The notes beneath the pieces were generated by a model. That model was given only the letters and a program-made list of their open reading frames with translations. It ran no database searches and had not been told where the DNA came from. The position numbers and the translations under genes were made by a program. From Methanobacteriota archaeon (GTDB taxonomy: Archaea > Thermoplasmatota > Poseidoniia > Poseidoniales > Thalassarchaeaceae), in the NCBI GenBank assembly GCA_002722595.1, contig PBMO01000024.1:11700-75699 (forward strand): 64,000 nucleotides of DNA. Reading direction: 5' to 3'. This document shows, one piece after another, positions 46,818 to 57,295 of the stretch (position 1 is its first letter; each line of letters opens with the position of its first letter).

Positions 46818-48539
46818 TCAATCATTGTTAATCGGCGTCCAAACGTCGATGGCTTTCGAGAAAGCCTCCCACCCCTGTTGGTAGTATACATCTAGAATGT
46901 CAAATACATCATCGTAATGGACCAAATCATTGTCAACCATTCTTTGCAATGCCTCTGTTCTACGTTCCATTTCTTCATAGATGTCACGTTTATTTTCAAA
47001 GCCCATTAAAGCAGCCATTTTATTTTCCATGAGGTGTGATTGGAACATTCCACGGAAGTAGTGCTTGTCTCTAACAGGATTCCAATCGAACATACCACGA
47101 GTTAACACACCATCGGCCTCTTTGTTGTATCCAATTACTTCATCTATTCCAGTAATTCTTCTTGCAATTCCACCACCGGGCGCCTCAACAACCTCTTGGA
47201 AAATTGCAAAATTTAGATTGTCAAAGAAACGCATTGGGACGTTAATAGGATCTCCAGTAAAGCGCTGAATCATTTTGACAATTGATGAAGCGTGGAATGT
47301 GGCAATTACAGGGTGTCCGGTTTGCATTGCTTGGAAAGCAGTAGCCCCCTCTGCCCCCCGAATTTCTCCAATTATGATGTATCTTGGCCGACTCCTAAGT
47401 GCTGCCTTCAATAAATCGAACATTTCAACACGCGAGTCTTCATTCTTGGAATCACGTGTTACAAGTCGCTGCCACAATCTATGCCTGACTTTTACCTCCG
47501 GTGTATCTTCAGCAGAGTAGATTTTTACATTGTGGTCGATGAATGGTAAAATCGCATTTAGCGTAGTAGTTTTGCCGGATGCAGTTTCTCCAGATACTAG
47601 TAATGACATACCATTTTCTAAGCCCAACCAGATGTAAGCTGCAACTTCGGCAGAGAGAGTCCCCCATTTGACAAGTTGAGTAATTGAAATCGTTTCCTCT
47701 GCGAATTTCCGAATCGTGAAAGAAGAACCAAGCATTGAAACATCGTCTGAATATACAATATTGATACGACTACCATCCAATAAAGCACCATCAATAATTG
47801 GTTTACTATCTGAAACGGGCCTACCAATTCTTTCAGACATCGCCCGTAGGTAACGTTCCAACATATCGCGATCTCTGAACCTGATATTCGATGTCACCAT
47901 TCCGAATACCTTGTGATCCATGCTTATGTATCGAAGACCAACTGCGTGAATATCTTCCAACATCTCATCTGAAAGTAAGGCTTCCAAGGGACCAGATCTA
48001 ACAAGATCTCTAATCACAGTATACGTTAATCTCTCTAGCTGTTTTTCGGTTACTTGTAGTGGGATCTCCCCCATTCCAATACTTTGTAGGAACCGATTAA
48101 CAGGGGCACCTGCATTAATCGACGAACTAGGTGAACTAGTTATGGTGGTGTGCCTCGCAATCATATTTTCTAGCATAGCTTCAAATTCAGCATCTGAACC
48201 AAATGACGGTGCGTTTGGCGCTTCTTTTAGCAATCTCTCAACAAGAATTTGTTTGATATTTTCCTCATCCTCATTGAGTTGTGGTTCAATCGCGAACCAC
48301 AATGTTGTACCTGCCCCCTCTTCTTCATCAGTCGGTCGATAGACGTGCGCAAATAGAGGCCCCCTTAGGTGATAAATGAGATTCAAGTCACCTTGATTTG
48401 CGGCCCTATCCAACTTGCCATAGTAGAACGGTTTAGCTCCGTATTTTTCTTCAAAGTCAGATACCCATTTCTCGACGTGATCGAATCTTCCCATGACTCC
48501 ATCCAGATCACCTTGTTGGAATTCAATTTCTTCAACCAT
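46818..48539 (-). CDS. flaI: Archaellum ATPase FlaI/ArlI (type II/IV secretion ATPase family)
   Basis: Walker A LVSGETASGKTTTLNAIL, an Asp box, and the flaH-flaI-flaJ context. Confidence 0.85.
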   Translation of the reverse strand: MVEEIEFQQGDLDGVMGRFDHVEKWVSDFEEKYGAKPFYYGKLDRAANQGDLNLIYHLRGPLFAHVYRPTDEEEGAGTTLWFAIEPQLNEDEENIKQILVERLLKEAPNAPSFGSDAEFEAMLENMIARHTTITSSPSSSINAGAPVNRFLQSIGMGEIPLQVTEKQLERLTYTVIRDLVRSGPLEALLSDEMLEDIHAVGLRYISMDHKVFGMVTSNIRFRDRDMLERYLRAMSERIGRPVSDSKPIIDGALLDGSRINIVYSDDVSMLGSSFTIRKFAEETISITQLVKWGTLSAEVAAYIWLGLENGMSLLVSGETASGKTTTLNAILPFIDHNVKIYSAEDTPEVKVRHRLWQRLVTRDSKNEDSRVEMFDLLKAALRSRPRYIIIGEIRGAEGATAFQAMQTGHPVIATFHASSIVKMIQRFTGDPINVPMRFFDNLNFAIFQEVVEAPGGGIARRITGIDEVIGYNKEADGVLTRGMFDWNPVRDKHYFRGMFQSHLMENKMAALMGFENKRDIYEEMERRTEALQRMVDNDLVHYDDVFDILDVYYQQGWEAFSKAIDVWTPINND

Positions 48540-48547
48540 TGGATCAC

Positions 48548-49243
48548 CTAACTAACTGCTGTAATATCTACAATGAAGCCCATTCCAGGTTCCACACGCC
48601 AACCGATTCTTGGTTGAACAGGGCCCGCGGCTCTAAGAAAACGAGTAATGGCCATGGTTCTATTCAACCCCCCTCCAACTTCTCGAATGCGCATATCAAT
48701 CGCAACTTCGGCAGATGAAATTAGTGCCCTAACAACATCATCCTCCAATTCTTCAGGGTCGATAATTAACATCAAAGAACGACCTTCAGAACAATATTTT
48801 CGGAGAGAACTCAACAATTCCTCCGGACTTCCAGAATAGTGTTGAAGTATACTTGAAGCGCGATCAATTATTGCCATTTCAGCATCCTGTACAGGTTTTG
48901 AATCCAAAACATCTGCAATTTGCACAATGCCCTCCACTTCATCAGATACAACTCCAAACCTAGAGAGTAAAGTCAAAGATCCACTTTCTGTTGCATCAGT
49001 CATAGAATAGCCTAAACTGTCAACTTGTTCTAACCAACCACGAGTTGTCAATTCAGTACTAACAACGGTTAGGCGGGCCCCGTGATTGATTAGTCCGTAA
49101 GCAAATCTTTGAGAAATGAGACTTTTCCCTGCGCCCACTACACCTGTCACAATGTAAAGAGAGCGTTTTGGTAACAGCCTCCCTAAACTATCTGACAAAC
49201 TATCAGTTTCCAATTCGAACGGGAAACCATTTTCATCATCCAA
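48548..49243 (-). CDS. flaH: Archaellum protein FlaH/ArlH (RecA/KaiC-like ATP-binding)
   Basis: Walker A IVTGVVGAGKSLISQRF, about 230 aa, located between flaG and flaI. Confidence 0.8.
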   Translation of the reverse strand: MDDENGFPFELETDSLSDSLGRLLPKRSLYIVTGVVGAGKSLISQRFAYGLINHGARLTVVSTELTTRGWLEQVDSLGYSMTDATESGSLTLLSRFGVVSDEVEGIVQIADVLDSKPVQDAEMAIIDRASSILQHYSGSPEELLSSLRKYCSEGRSLMLIIDPEELEDDVVRALISSAEVAIDMRIREVGGGLNRTMAITRFLRAAGPVQPRIGWRVEPGMGFIVDITAVS

Positions 49244-49718
49244 TCCGAATCACCTCAGAGAACGCAAAAGTGCCCGAAACACCTCGATATTCCTCACTAC
49301 GAACTATGACAGTAAGGACCGTTTCATCACCAGAATTTAGAGTCAAACCCGTCGGACAAATACGTAATTCTAACACATTACCTTGAACCCAATCATTGGT
49401 TGAAGTCAACATTCTTCTATTCGAAATGGATGTATCGCTGCCATTTACAATCACCCCAATTTCACTATTTTTCAAAACCAATTTACCTGAGTTTTGTAGG
49501 TGTATAGTTAGATTGCAAGCAGTTTGATTCCAAGCCATATTCATAGGGTCACTGGTTAATGATGCCTTGGTCATAGTATCGGCTTCAACCTGAGTTTTAG
49601 ACGATTCAATCGAATTTGCAATACCTCCCCATGAGGCAATTAAGACACTTGCAGCAATACCAGCTGTAATTAGCCCAGTTATGAGCATCAACATCTCACT
49701 TGCACCACCATCTGCCAT
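49236..49718 (-). CDS. flaG: Archaellum protein FlaG/ArlG-like
   Basis: 160 aa with an N-terminal archaellin-like hydrophobic helix (LITGLITAGIAASVLIA), positioned after flaF. Confidence 0.55.
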   Translation of the reverse strand: MADGGASEMLMLITGLITAGIAASVLIASWGGIANSIESSKTQVEADTMTKASLTSDPMNMAWNQTACNLTIHLQNSGKLVLKNSEIGVIVNGSDTSISNRRMLTSTNDWVQGNVLELRICPTGLTLNSGDETVLTVIVRSEEYRGVSGTFAFSEVIRIG

Positions 49719-49727
49719 TTCATTCCC

Positions 49728-50168
49728 TCACACTATTGCAATCGCTGAAGATGCTCCCATTGCTGATACAAAGATTCGACTTGGAGAACCAAATCCAGTC
49801 CCACTAATTTGTATGTGCTGAATTTCTCCAGGGAATAACACCGATGTTGAATTGTGATGCTGACTTGCTTGGAAAGGAACCCCTCCATCTATGCTGAACC
49901 ACATGTCATCATAGTCTATGTTTTGATCACCAACATTTGTGATATTAACATGGATACTGACACCGTCTTCAGTAGCATTTATTGCTCTTAATTCCGGCTC
50001 TTGTATGGCCAAGTCATCTATCTCTGCAGCCATTTGGGTGCTTTCAGTGAGAGACATTGATGCCAATGCAAAGATGCCCAATAAAGCGGTGCCGACAATC
50101 ATAGCGGCTATACTTGTTGAACCACTCAGATTCAGGCCCCCTCCGAAGGAGCATTGGCCTGCCTCCAT
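49728..50168 (-). CDS. flaF: Archaellum protein FlaF/ArlF-like
   Basis: 146 aa, N-terminal TM AAMIVGTALLGIFALA, then a beta-rich domain. Operon position after the flaCDE-like gene. Confidence 0.55.
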   Translation of the reverse strand: MEAGQCSFGGGLNLSGSTSIAAMIVGTALLGIFALASMSLTESTQMAAEIDDLAIQEPELRAINATEDGVSIHVNITNVGDQNIDYDDMWFSIDGGVPFQASQHHNSTSVLFPGEIQHIQISGTGFGSPSRIFVSAMGASSAIAIV

Positions 50169-50947
50169 GCCCCAATCATGGCGTTAAACATCAACAATTC
50201 CCTGTGTGGGAGGTGTTCAGCAGCATTTTCATTAATGGCTGGATCTGCTAAATCAATTAGGCCTTTTAGAACCGCACATTCGTTTGTTGTAATCATTCCA
50301 CTCGCGGCGGCTTTGTCCACAAAAGATGTGGCGCTGGTTGAGGACAAATTGTCCAACAGAAGTGCTACAATTTCACTTGTTGTAATTGGTAAATTCTCTG
50401 TTAATGCACCAGGTCTCTGGTTAAGGAATGGATTTAATTCAGCAATTCGACTTTCATATAAATCGAGTAAATTTACATCAGTTTGTTGAACAACGTCAAC
50501 CTCAGGTTCAACATCACTTTCTTCACCCTCAGTTACAACTTCATCTTCATCAGTATCCATCGTGATAAGTTTGTCAGTTGGGATGGTGTAAGGCGTCCCT
50601 GCAATATCTTTCAATTGTGTGAGGCGTGCATCCATCATGGCCATGGTCGCTTCAATTCGATCGAATCTAGAATCCATTTTATCTTCCATTTCCTTGGTAT
50701 CGAAATTACCTTGCTTACCACTGCTATCTTGTGACATTGAATCAGCGGGCTCTAGCCCAGTGGCTCCAATCCGGGCTCTTGTCGGTGAAGGTGACAACGT
50801 CCACGCATCTTCTTCTATTGGGGTGGCATCTAGAGGTATTGTTGCAACATCAATCGAATGAGTGGCTAAACTTTCCAATCTCGATACCGCTTGCTCATCC
50901 GCAATATCGTCTTCGTTTTTACCGAATATTTTGTCGATAATGCTCAC
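50132..50947 (-). CDS. Archaellum accessory protein, FlaC/D/E-like (tentative)
   Basis: 271-aa acidic protein located between flaB and flaF, where euryarchaeal operons carry flaCDE. No strong motif support. Confidence 0.4.
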   Translation of the reverse strand: MSIIDKIFGKNEDDIADEQAVSRLESLATHSIDVATIPLDATPIEEDAWTLSPSPTRARIGATGLEPADSMSQDSSGKQGNFDTKEMEDKMDSRFDRIEATMAMMDARLTQLKDIAGTPYTIPTDKLITMDTDEDEVVTEGEESDVEPEVDVVQQTDVNLLDLYESRIAELNPFLNQRPGALTENLPITTSEIVALLLDNLSSTSATSFVDKAAASGMITTNECAVLKGLIDLADPAINENAAEHLPHRELLMFNAMIGAWRQANAPSEGA

Positions 50948-50994
50948 TCAGACACACTCCAATACCGCATCCTCCGAAGAGGACATATTCCACC

Positions 50995-51573
50995 TCAGAC
51001 AATTGATGATCCAGGGTTGACATCGTTGTAGTGAAGAGACGCATAGGTATCTCCTCCACCACTGATGAAGACCCGCATCTCTTGGTTGTCTCCAACTGAT
51101 GGCGTACAATCAACCGAAGTGTCAATTGGGACCAAGAAAGTCTCACCAGCATCAACTGTTGCACCCGTAGCATAAGCGGTACCATCGAGGTCCGTAGCAA
51201 CTCCATCAAAACCTCCCGCGTTAATTGATGCTGTTGTTGAACCATCATCGCACGCCATATGCCATTCCATTTCTGACAACGGTGTGGTATCTGAACCTGA
51301 ACTGAGCTGGACGATGATGGTAATTTCATCAGCAGTACCACCAGCAGCACTTTCTTCACTTACATAGGCGCCCTGGATCAGGATTTTTCCACCCAAATTA
51401 TCCTGGGTATCGTCGCCTGTTTTTTGCGCTCTTTGTTGCAATTCTTCAGCCGTCTTGATAATAATCGTCGAGGCTACGGCAGCCACTAAAATCAATGCGA
51501 TAAAAATAATCATTGCACCGATACCAATGGCACCTAAGTCATTCTTTTTGAGAGAGTATTCATCTTTGTTCAT
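50995..51573 (-). CDS. flaB: Archaellin (flagellin) FlaB/ArlB
   Basis: Class III signal peptide: basic KKNDLGA, then GIGAMIIFIALILVAAVAS. Length and Ser/Thr/Gly-rich beta region are typical of archaellins. First gene of the fla operon. Confidence 0.85.
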   Translation of the reverse strand: MNKDEYSLKKNDLGAIGIGAMIIFIALILVAAVASTIIIKTAEELQQRAQKTGDDTQDNLGGKILIQGAYVSEESAAGGTADEITIIVQLSSGSDTTPLSEMEWHMACDDGSTTASINAGGFDGVATDLDGTAYATGATVDAGETFLVPIDTSVDCTPSVGDNQEMRVFISGGGDTYASLHYNDVNPGSSIV

Positions 51574-51611
51574 TTCATCATCTCCTTGTGCTCCGAATTA
51601 GCACCTGCCAA

Positions 51612-51626
51612 GTTTATAGTTATAGC
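51612..51626 (-). promoter_or_regulatory. Putative TATA box for the archaellin operon
   Basis: Minus-strand tataactataaa lies about 38 nt upstream of the flaB ATG, with a GGAG RBS-like element between them. Confidence 0.35.
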
Positions 51627-51660
51627 CACTACAAAACCCCCAATATCGTCCCTCAGTCCA

Positions 51661-52539
51661 TCATTTTTTCAATTCTAAATCGAGTGTAGATATTTCCACA
51701 GATTTCGGAGAAAGATATCGGAAAAATGGCCATGATTTACAAGACCATCCAGGGGGGACCCATGGGACCAACAAAACGTCATTCATCGCTTCGTCACTAG
51801 CGTTCTCAACACGACAAGTCATCCGCAAGCCATCTGGACGCAAATCATAACCAGTTTGAACATTCAATTTCTCCTGCAAACTCCCAGGTGCACCAAATTC
51901 ACGAATTGCAGCCATGGCTGAAGGAGTAATGATGAATACAAGATCCATTGATTCCCCAGGTTGTAATCGATCGACAGGTTGCGTGATTGGCAAGGCCCTC
52001 CAATTAGGAGGAACTGGAGCTTTGATATTGAACCCAGGAAGCACTACATTACTTGTGTTTTCAATCCTTACAAGCAATTGACCTTGATCAGAATTAGCCT
52101 CCCAGCGAGCTTCAACTCCCATCCAAAATTGGAAGAAAATGAATGGGTTCAGTGCTGCACTATTTGCCAAAAGGTGCTCAATAAGGCGCTCTAGTTGCAA
52201 TGCTGATTCATCAAAAGCACTGCGCATAATCAAAGTCTCTGCGGTTTTCATTGTAAGCAGAATATCAAGCAATTCATCTTCACTTGTTGCACGATCCCTC
52301 ATTAGAGAATGCAGCATGCGAATAGCCCTCTGCATTTTCCCAATGTGGCCACTTAGGACCCCAATATCTTCTCTTGCCTGTCGAATATTCTTCTTTGCGA
52401 AGCGAACATCTTTTTCTAGAATCGCCTCTTGAATCAATTGAATATGTTCATCTAAGACGAGATTCAATCGTGTAACCTGCGCTCGCAAGTCGGATTGGGT
52501 CGGCATCACGCCATCATACATTGCCTTCCACCTCCACAC
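51661..52539 (-). CDS. Hypothetical protein (292 aa), possible archaellum-associated or regulatory
   Basis: ORF directly upstream of flaB. Its start overlaps the stop of the upstream giant gene by 26 nt. No recognised motifs. Confidence 0.45.
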   Translation of the reverse strand: MWRWKAMYDGVMPTQSDLRAQVTRLNLVLDEHIQLIQEAILEKDVRFAKKNIRQAREDIGVLSGHIGKMQRAIRMLHSLMRDRATSEDELLDILLTMKTAETLIMRSAFDESALQLERLIEHLLANSAALNPFIFFQFWMGVEARWEANSDQGQLLVRIENTSNVVLPGFNIKAPVPPNWRALPITQPVDRLQPGESMDLVFIITPSAMAAIREFGAPGSLQEKLNVQTGYDLRPDGLRMTCRVENASDEAMNDVLLVPWVPPGWSCKSWPFFRYLSPKSVEISTLDLELKK

Positions 52540-55500
52540 TCACATCATGTGAGTCTCCCCATCGTTGTCCGATTGTAATTTTACGTAATTCCGTAGATGG
52601 ATTTCCAAGTTGTACAAGGAGCCCCCTAGCTTCTCCTTCAAAGTAAGTTAACTCTTCAAATATCTGATTCCATGAAGTGGTGCTATTACGAATAGTTAAT
52701 TCTACGGATAATGCACAAAGCATCAGATACAGGAAAATCGAACCGATGTTGGCTTCACCCCAGGAGATTTCATTTGGCAAGACTAGAACCATGAAGATAA
52801 ACCCTAATGGTGCAAGCGATAATTTGACTCGCAACTGATTGGCAACACGAATTATTTCACCTTCATGGTCTTCTACAAGATTACTACCTCCTCTCAGCAA
52901 ATTTTGCCTGTCAGATAGGATTGCTGGGAATTCATGTGATGCAGCACTCCGAGTAATTAGCGCCAACCAAATAATCGATGCAAAACTCATGACTATGTTT
53001 GGAATAGTTCCGAGACCATAATGGGTAGAAACACCGAGTAAAGCACATCCTGCATATGCACTCAGCATCAAAGACCTCTCATCCTCTCGAGACTTTCGCA
53101 ATAATTGACTACAAAGTAAGATTAAACCAAGTGTTATTGGAATCAATACCAACAATGGAGGTGACCATGAGTTCAGCGAGAAAGTCTCCCTCAGTGCATC
53201 ATCATCTGGTTGGTTACCATACATTTCAGTGGATTTAATGACAACATTACAGCTAACATCTTTTGATGTCTCCCACCAATTCAAAGCCCCAGTTTGAACA
53301 TTCCAATTGACGGATTTTATGCCACCCTTTCCTAATCCAGCAATTGATTGCTCTTCAGAACCCATAATTTCGATTCCATCCTCACATTCAATGACTGCAA
53401 CAGCATCATCTGGCAAAGTATTGTTTCCGTGATTCTTTATCATTGCACTCACTAGTCCACTGGTGGATTCTGATATCTCATCACCCATCTCAATATTCAC
53501 TGATAAGATGCCAGGATCAGCCCATGAATCAGAAATCACTCTGACATTGAATGAAGTGATATTGTTACCACCAGTACTTGGATGAATCAGATTAAAGTCA
53601 AGGGAATAACCATCACCTGGCGGTAAATTTTCAATCGCTGGCATTTTGATTCGCAAGCGAAGGGTACGATTCTCGCTTGAAGGGGTCGGTCCCAATAGAT
53701 AGGTTTCACCATTCAAATTCAGAACTTCTGGTTGGCCCCATGTAACTGGATCAATAGTAAATTCCCATTCAATATCCCCGGCTCCAACATACATACTTTC
53801 GTTGATGAATCTTTCAGAACCTACTAATTCTAGGACATATGAATCCATTTGGTCTCCGACAATGCCTTGTTCCAGAACATTTGTCCAAGGAATATCAATT
53901 GTGAAAGTATTGAAGACTTTATCGGGAACTGCGAGATATTCTCCTTCTGTCCAAATTCGTGCGATTTGCAACGTCGATTCTAAGTCTCGATCACCCAAAT
54001 CCTCCTCCAGTGGAGAGAACTTCAAATTGAGTTTTGTTTCCTCTAAATTCCATGCAGAGTCAGCAATATTTTGCACAGTGAAATGAATATTTCGCATCTC
54101 TCCCATGGGCAATGTAAGATTTTGTAGATCACAATCACTCACAAGCCAACGTGTGTCATCTCCAGTTGTGCAAATGACATCTAGTTGAACATCAAGATTA
54201 CCTCTATTGACCACTTCCACTGTAAAGTCCCTACTTTCATAGGGCCTGAGTTTGATGATATTTGGTGCATTCCAATCTACCTGGAAAACTGAGTCAGTTA
54301 AGAATTCAACATTCGCCCCCCCGACAGTCTGATTATCAGTAACATTAGTTGCCACCATATTGCCATAATTGATATCGCCAGACTCTAGATTGTCATTACC
54401 ACCAGCAGCAGGAACTCTGATTGACAAAGTGATACTTTTCGTTTCAGTACCGGCTGGTTCCAAGGTTAAATTCTCCGGCTCAATTCCGTAAACCCATTCA
54501 TCACTGCCCCCAATTATTCCAAATTCAAACTCAATAAATTCTACTAGGTTTCCATTGTTAGTTACATCAAATACCATTGAAAAGTTCTGCCCTGGAACTA
54601 CAGAGACACTTTCATCAAAACCGAAAGTGATGTTGTGGAATGGATTGACATTAATCTCCACCATGGTTTGGGCAACCAAATCACCATCATTGCTGAGTGT
54701 CACTCGTGCAGAGTGGTTGGTATCAGCCCGCGCGAATGGATTTGCTAAAATGTTGATTTCCACAGTCCTGTTTTCACCAGGTAGAAGAGTTATGGAAGAA
54801 CTCGATGCTACATTTACATCAATATGCTCCGAAAAACCTTCAACGCCAACATCGAACTGTTGTAAACTATTTCCGATATTTGTGACTAGTAGGGGCAATA
54901 ATTCCAATTGGTCGACACTCACGTTTGCAATAGCGTCTGTAGGCAAAAGTGTGGCTCCGACCAACTCTTGGATCTCAAATGGCAACAACTCCTGCGCAAT
55001 TATATTTCCAGACTCATCGATAACCTGCAATATTACATCAGAATCAGCATCCGCTCGATAATTTGGCGGAGCTGTTGCTGAGACAATAATTTGCTCAACA
55101 TTCTCGCTATTTATTATTGGAAATAAGTCGGAATTAGAAGGCACAGAGATCGAAGTTGTTGGCTGTGAAGAAACAGACCAACCCAATGGCCCCGATAAGA
55201 TGTAACTGAGATTACACTCATGGTTTCCGAGATTGACAATATTTACTGGAACGGAAGCCTCAACTTCGGGAGTAATTATTGTTGGAGATGGCACCTCAAT
55301 AGATGCCTTTGACACCTCAGGTATGTTCACTGTTAGGACAACTCTCGAAACAGGAGATTCGATTCCACTGAGTCCAGATACAATAGTCAGTGAAGCAGTC
55401 ACTTCGACTTCTAATTTACCTGCAACAGGGGGCACCCTTATACTATCGCTGCCAGGATCTGGAGACCCTAGATTTGCAACAATCATTTGCGTTGCTCCAA

Positions 55501-57295
55501 GACCCATAATAGAATTCTCAGGAGTAATTTCTGCACTCCACCTGTTTGCCTCATTTAGACCATTCCCGTTTCTTGTTGCTTCGAATGAAGATGGCGCAAT
55601 GTCCAAATCAACATTTACAGTTGTGCTTGGGTTTGTGATTAGATTGTGGCGCACTTGCATTTCTAATTCAACTGGATTCGCCCAGACTCGATTGTCAAAG
55701 ACATCAATTGCTGGCATGAAGAATTCAGTATTTTCAGCCATCAATTCAACCATGATTGTTGGTTGAACATGTAAGAAAGTATGTTGAATGTTCGGTTCAC
55801 CTCCGATTTCTGGAGAAACGTCAGTCCACAGACGCAAGGTATTCCCTTCGACCAATTTACTAGATGGATCTAGAGGTAGAGTTAGTTGTGGTGGCGTGAC
55901 TGTGATAGTCACAGTGATTTCTTCACCTACTGACATGTATGGAGTTGTACTCGGATGTGCAGTTACACTCCAACCTGGTGCTAATTGTGAGAATCCACAA
56001 TCAACTGTGAAAACAGCTGGAGAGGTTCCATTATTCTTCAAAATATATTGAATATTTTCGGCTTGACCCGGAGTGACATCGACATTCCAAGAACTATGAT
56101 TCAATGTGGCCTGTAACAAGTCACCCGCATAGACAAACGCAGTCGCATCCACAGAGTAACCCTCTGTTTGACTCGTAATCTGCAAATCGATTCTATCGAT
56201 TTCCGACCTGTTAGTATCTATTGGCAATTGCACATCCACAGATACCAAGTTAGAACCAAAACCGATGATGTTTATGAGCCCAAGAGTTACATTTGTACCC
56301 CAACCTTTCATAGAAATTACACTGTAATCGTATGTATCGGCAGCGCCTAAATTTTGCACGATGAATGTTAAAACGGCAGAATTTCCTGGTTCTACAGCCC
56401 TATCACTGGGTGCGAGAATCGCTGCCCTGTAATCGGAAAATACTGTATTTATTTGCAAACTTCGCACAATACTTTCAAACGACCAATATATTGTGATATC
56501 ACACGGCCCAGAGTCTACCAATGTAGAATTGATTGGGACTTGAATGTATTGATATTGAGATGGTTGACTAATGATATTCTCTGAGAGATTCAGTGAAGAA
56601 TAAGTAAACTCTGGACCATTGCAATCAGAAAGGTTTACCGCAAAATCAACAGTTGTTTCGGTATTTCCAAGATTTATTGACCCAATTTCCAGATCCCACA
56701 CTCCTAATGGCATACGAGCATCAATATCAGGAGCCTCAATTATTACATTCGCTTCTGAATCCACTGTGAATGTATCACTATTTTGGGCATTATTAGTAGA
56801 GTCGGAATCTTGGGAAGGAGACAGACCAGTCATGACAATTTCGACTCGGATGAATCCGACTTGTCCCAAAACAGCATCCCACTGAATAACACATTGTTGT
56901 TGAGAGTTGCCTAGAACTTCGTATGTAACAGAATCACATCCAATTCGATTGGCCATAACAGGATTCACTCCTTCAGTGATGATTATGTCAATAATTGCAG
57001 TATGAGCCCCATCATTTCGAATAGTCACCAGTATTTGTTGCATGCCATCTGACAGTTGGACTTCGCCGGTACTGGTGTCTAAAAAGGAGCCAGAAATCCA
57101 CTGTAAAGGTTCCACCATAATGTCAGTAGTAGGCGTATTTTTTGCAACATCCATTTGGTTATTCTCTTGTTCACTCAATTCTTGTGGAGGCACAATTGGC
57201 GATAGGATATGTACAAGCATCAATAAAACCAAAGCGAGACTCAACTTGCCCCTATAATTTTCAGAAAATATCCACCGATTCACCATTCCAATCAC
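52514..57295 (-). CDS. Giant surface protein (1593 aa) with signal peptide, many beta-sandwich (CARDB/Ig-like, tentative) repeats and a C-terminal cluster of ~5 TM helices
   Basis: N-terminal signal LSLALVLLMLVHILSP. Repeated ..V.V.N.GN.. beta-strand patterns with N-glycosylation-like N-x-S/T sequons throughout. C-terminal hydrophobic segments (LLVLIPITLGLILLCSQLL, IVMSFASIIWLALI, LGFIFMVLVLP, IGSIFLYLMLCALSV). Confidence 0.65.
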   Translation of the reverse strand: MIGMVNRWIFSENYRGKLSLALVLLMLVHILSPIVPPQELSEQENNQMDVAKNTPTTDIMVEPLQWISGSFLDTSTGEVQLSDGMQQILVTIRNDGAHTAIIDIIITEGVNPVMANRIGCDSVTYEVLGNSQQQCVIQWDAVLGQVGFIRVEIVMTGLSPSQDSDSTNNAQNSDTFTVDSEANVIIEAPDIDARMPLGVWDLEIGSINLGNTETTVDFAVNLSDCNGPEFTYSSLNLSENIISQPSQYQYIQVPINSTLVDSGPCDITIYWSFESIVRSLQINTVFSDYRAAILAPSDRAVEPGNSAVLTFIVQNLGAADTYDYSVISMKGWGTNVTLGLINIIGFGSNLVSVDVQLPIDTNRSEIDRIDLQITSQTEGYSVDATAFVYAGDLLQATLNHSSWNVDVTPGQAENIQYILKNNGTSPAVFTVDCGFSQLAPGWSVTAHPSTTPYMSVGEEITVTITVTPPQLTLPLDPSSKLVEGNTLRLWTDVSPEIGGEPNIQHTFLHVQPTIMVELMAENTEFFMPAIDVFDNRVWANPVELEMQVRHNLITNPSTTVNVDLDIAPSSFEATRNGNGLNEANRWSAEITPENSIMGLGATQMIVANLGSPDPGSDSIRVPPVAGKLEVEVTASLTIVSGLSGIESPVSRVVLTVNIPEVSKASIEVPSPTIITPEVEASVPVNIVNLGNHECNLSYILSGPLGWSVSSQPTTSISVPSNSDLFPIINSENVEQIIVSATAPPNYRADADSDVILQVIDESGNIIAQELLPFEIQELVGATLLPTDAIANVSVDQLELLPLLVTNIGNSLQQFDVGVEGFSEHIDVNVASSSSITLLPGENRTVEINILANPFARADTNHSARVTLSNDGDLVAQTMVEINVNPFHNITFGFDESVSVVPGQNFSMVFDVTNNGNLVEFIEFEFGIIGGSDEWVYGIEPENLTLEPAGTETKSITLSIRVPAAGGNDNLESGDINYGNMVATNVTDNQTVGGANVEFLTDSVFQVDWNAPNIIKLRPYESRDFTVEVVNRGNLDVQLDVICTTGDDTRWLVSDCDLQNLTLPMGEMRNIHFTVQNIADSAWNLEETKLNLKFSPLEEDLGDRDLESTLQIARIWTEGEYLAVPDKVFNTFTIDIPWTNVLEQGIVGDQMDSYVLELVGSERFINESMYVGAGDIEWEFTIDPVTWGQPEVLNLNGETYLLGPTPSSENRTLRLRIKMPAIENLPPGDGYSLDFNLIHPSTGGNNITSFNVRVISDSWADPGILSVNIEMGDEISESTSGLVSAMIKNHGNNTLPDDAVAVIECEDGIEIMGSEEQSIAGLGKGGIKSVNWNVQTGALNWWETSKDVSCNVVIKSTEMYGNQPDDDALRETFSLNSWSPPLLVLIPITLGLILLCSQLLRKSREDERSLMLSAYAGCALLGVSTHYGLGTIPNIVMSFASIIWLALITRSAASHEFPAILSDRQNLLRGGSNLVEDHEGEIIRVANQLRVKLSLAPLGFIFMVLVLPNEISWGEANIGSIFLYLMLCALSVELTIRNSTTSWNQIFEELTYFEGEARGLLVQLGNPSTELRKITIGQRWGDSHDVSVEVEGNV

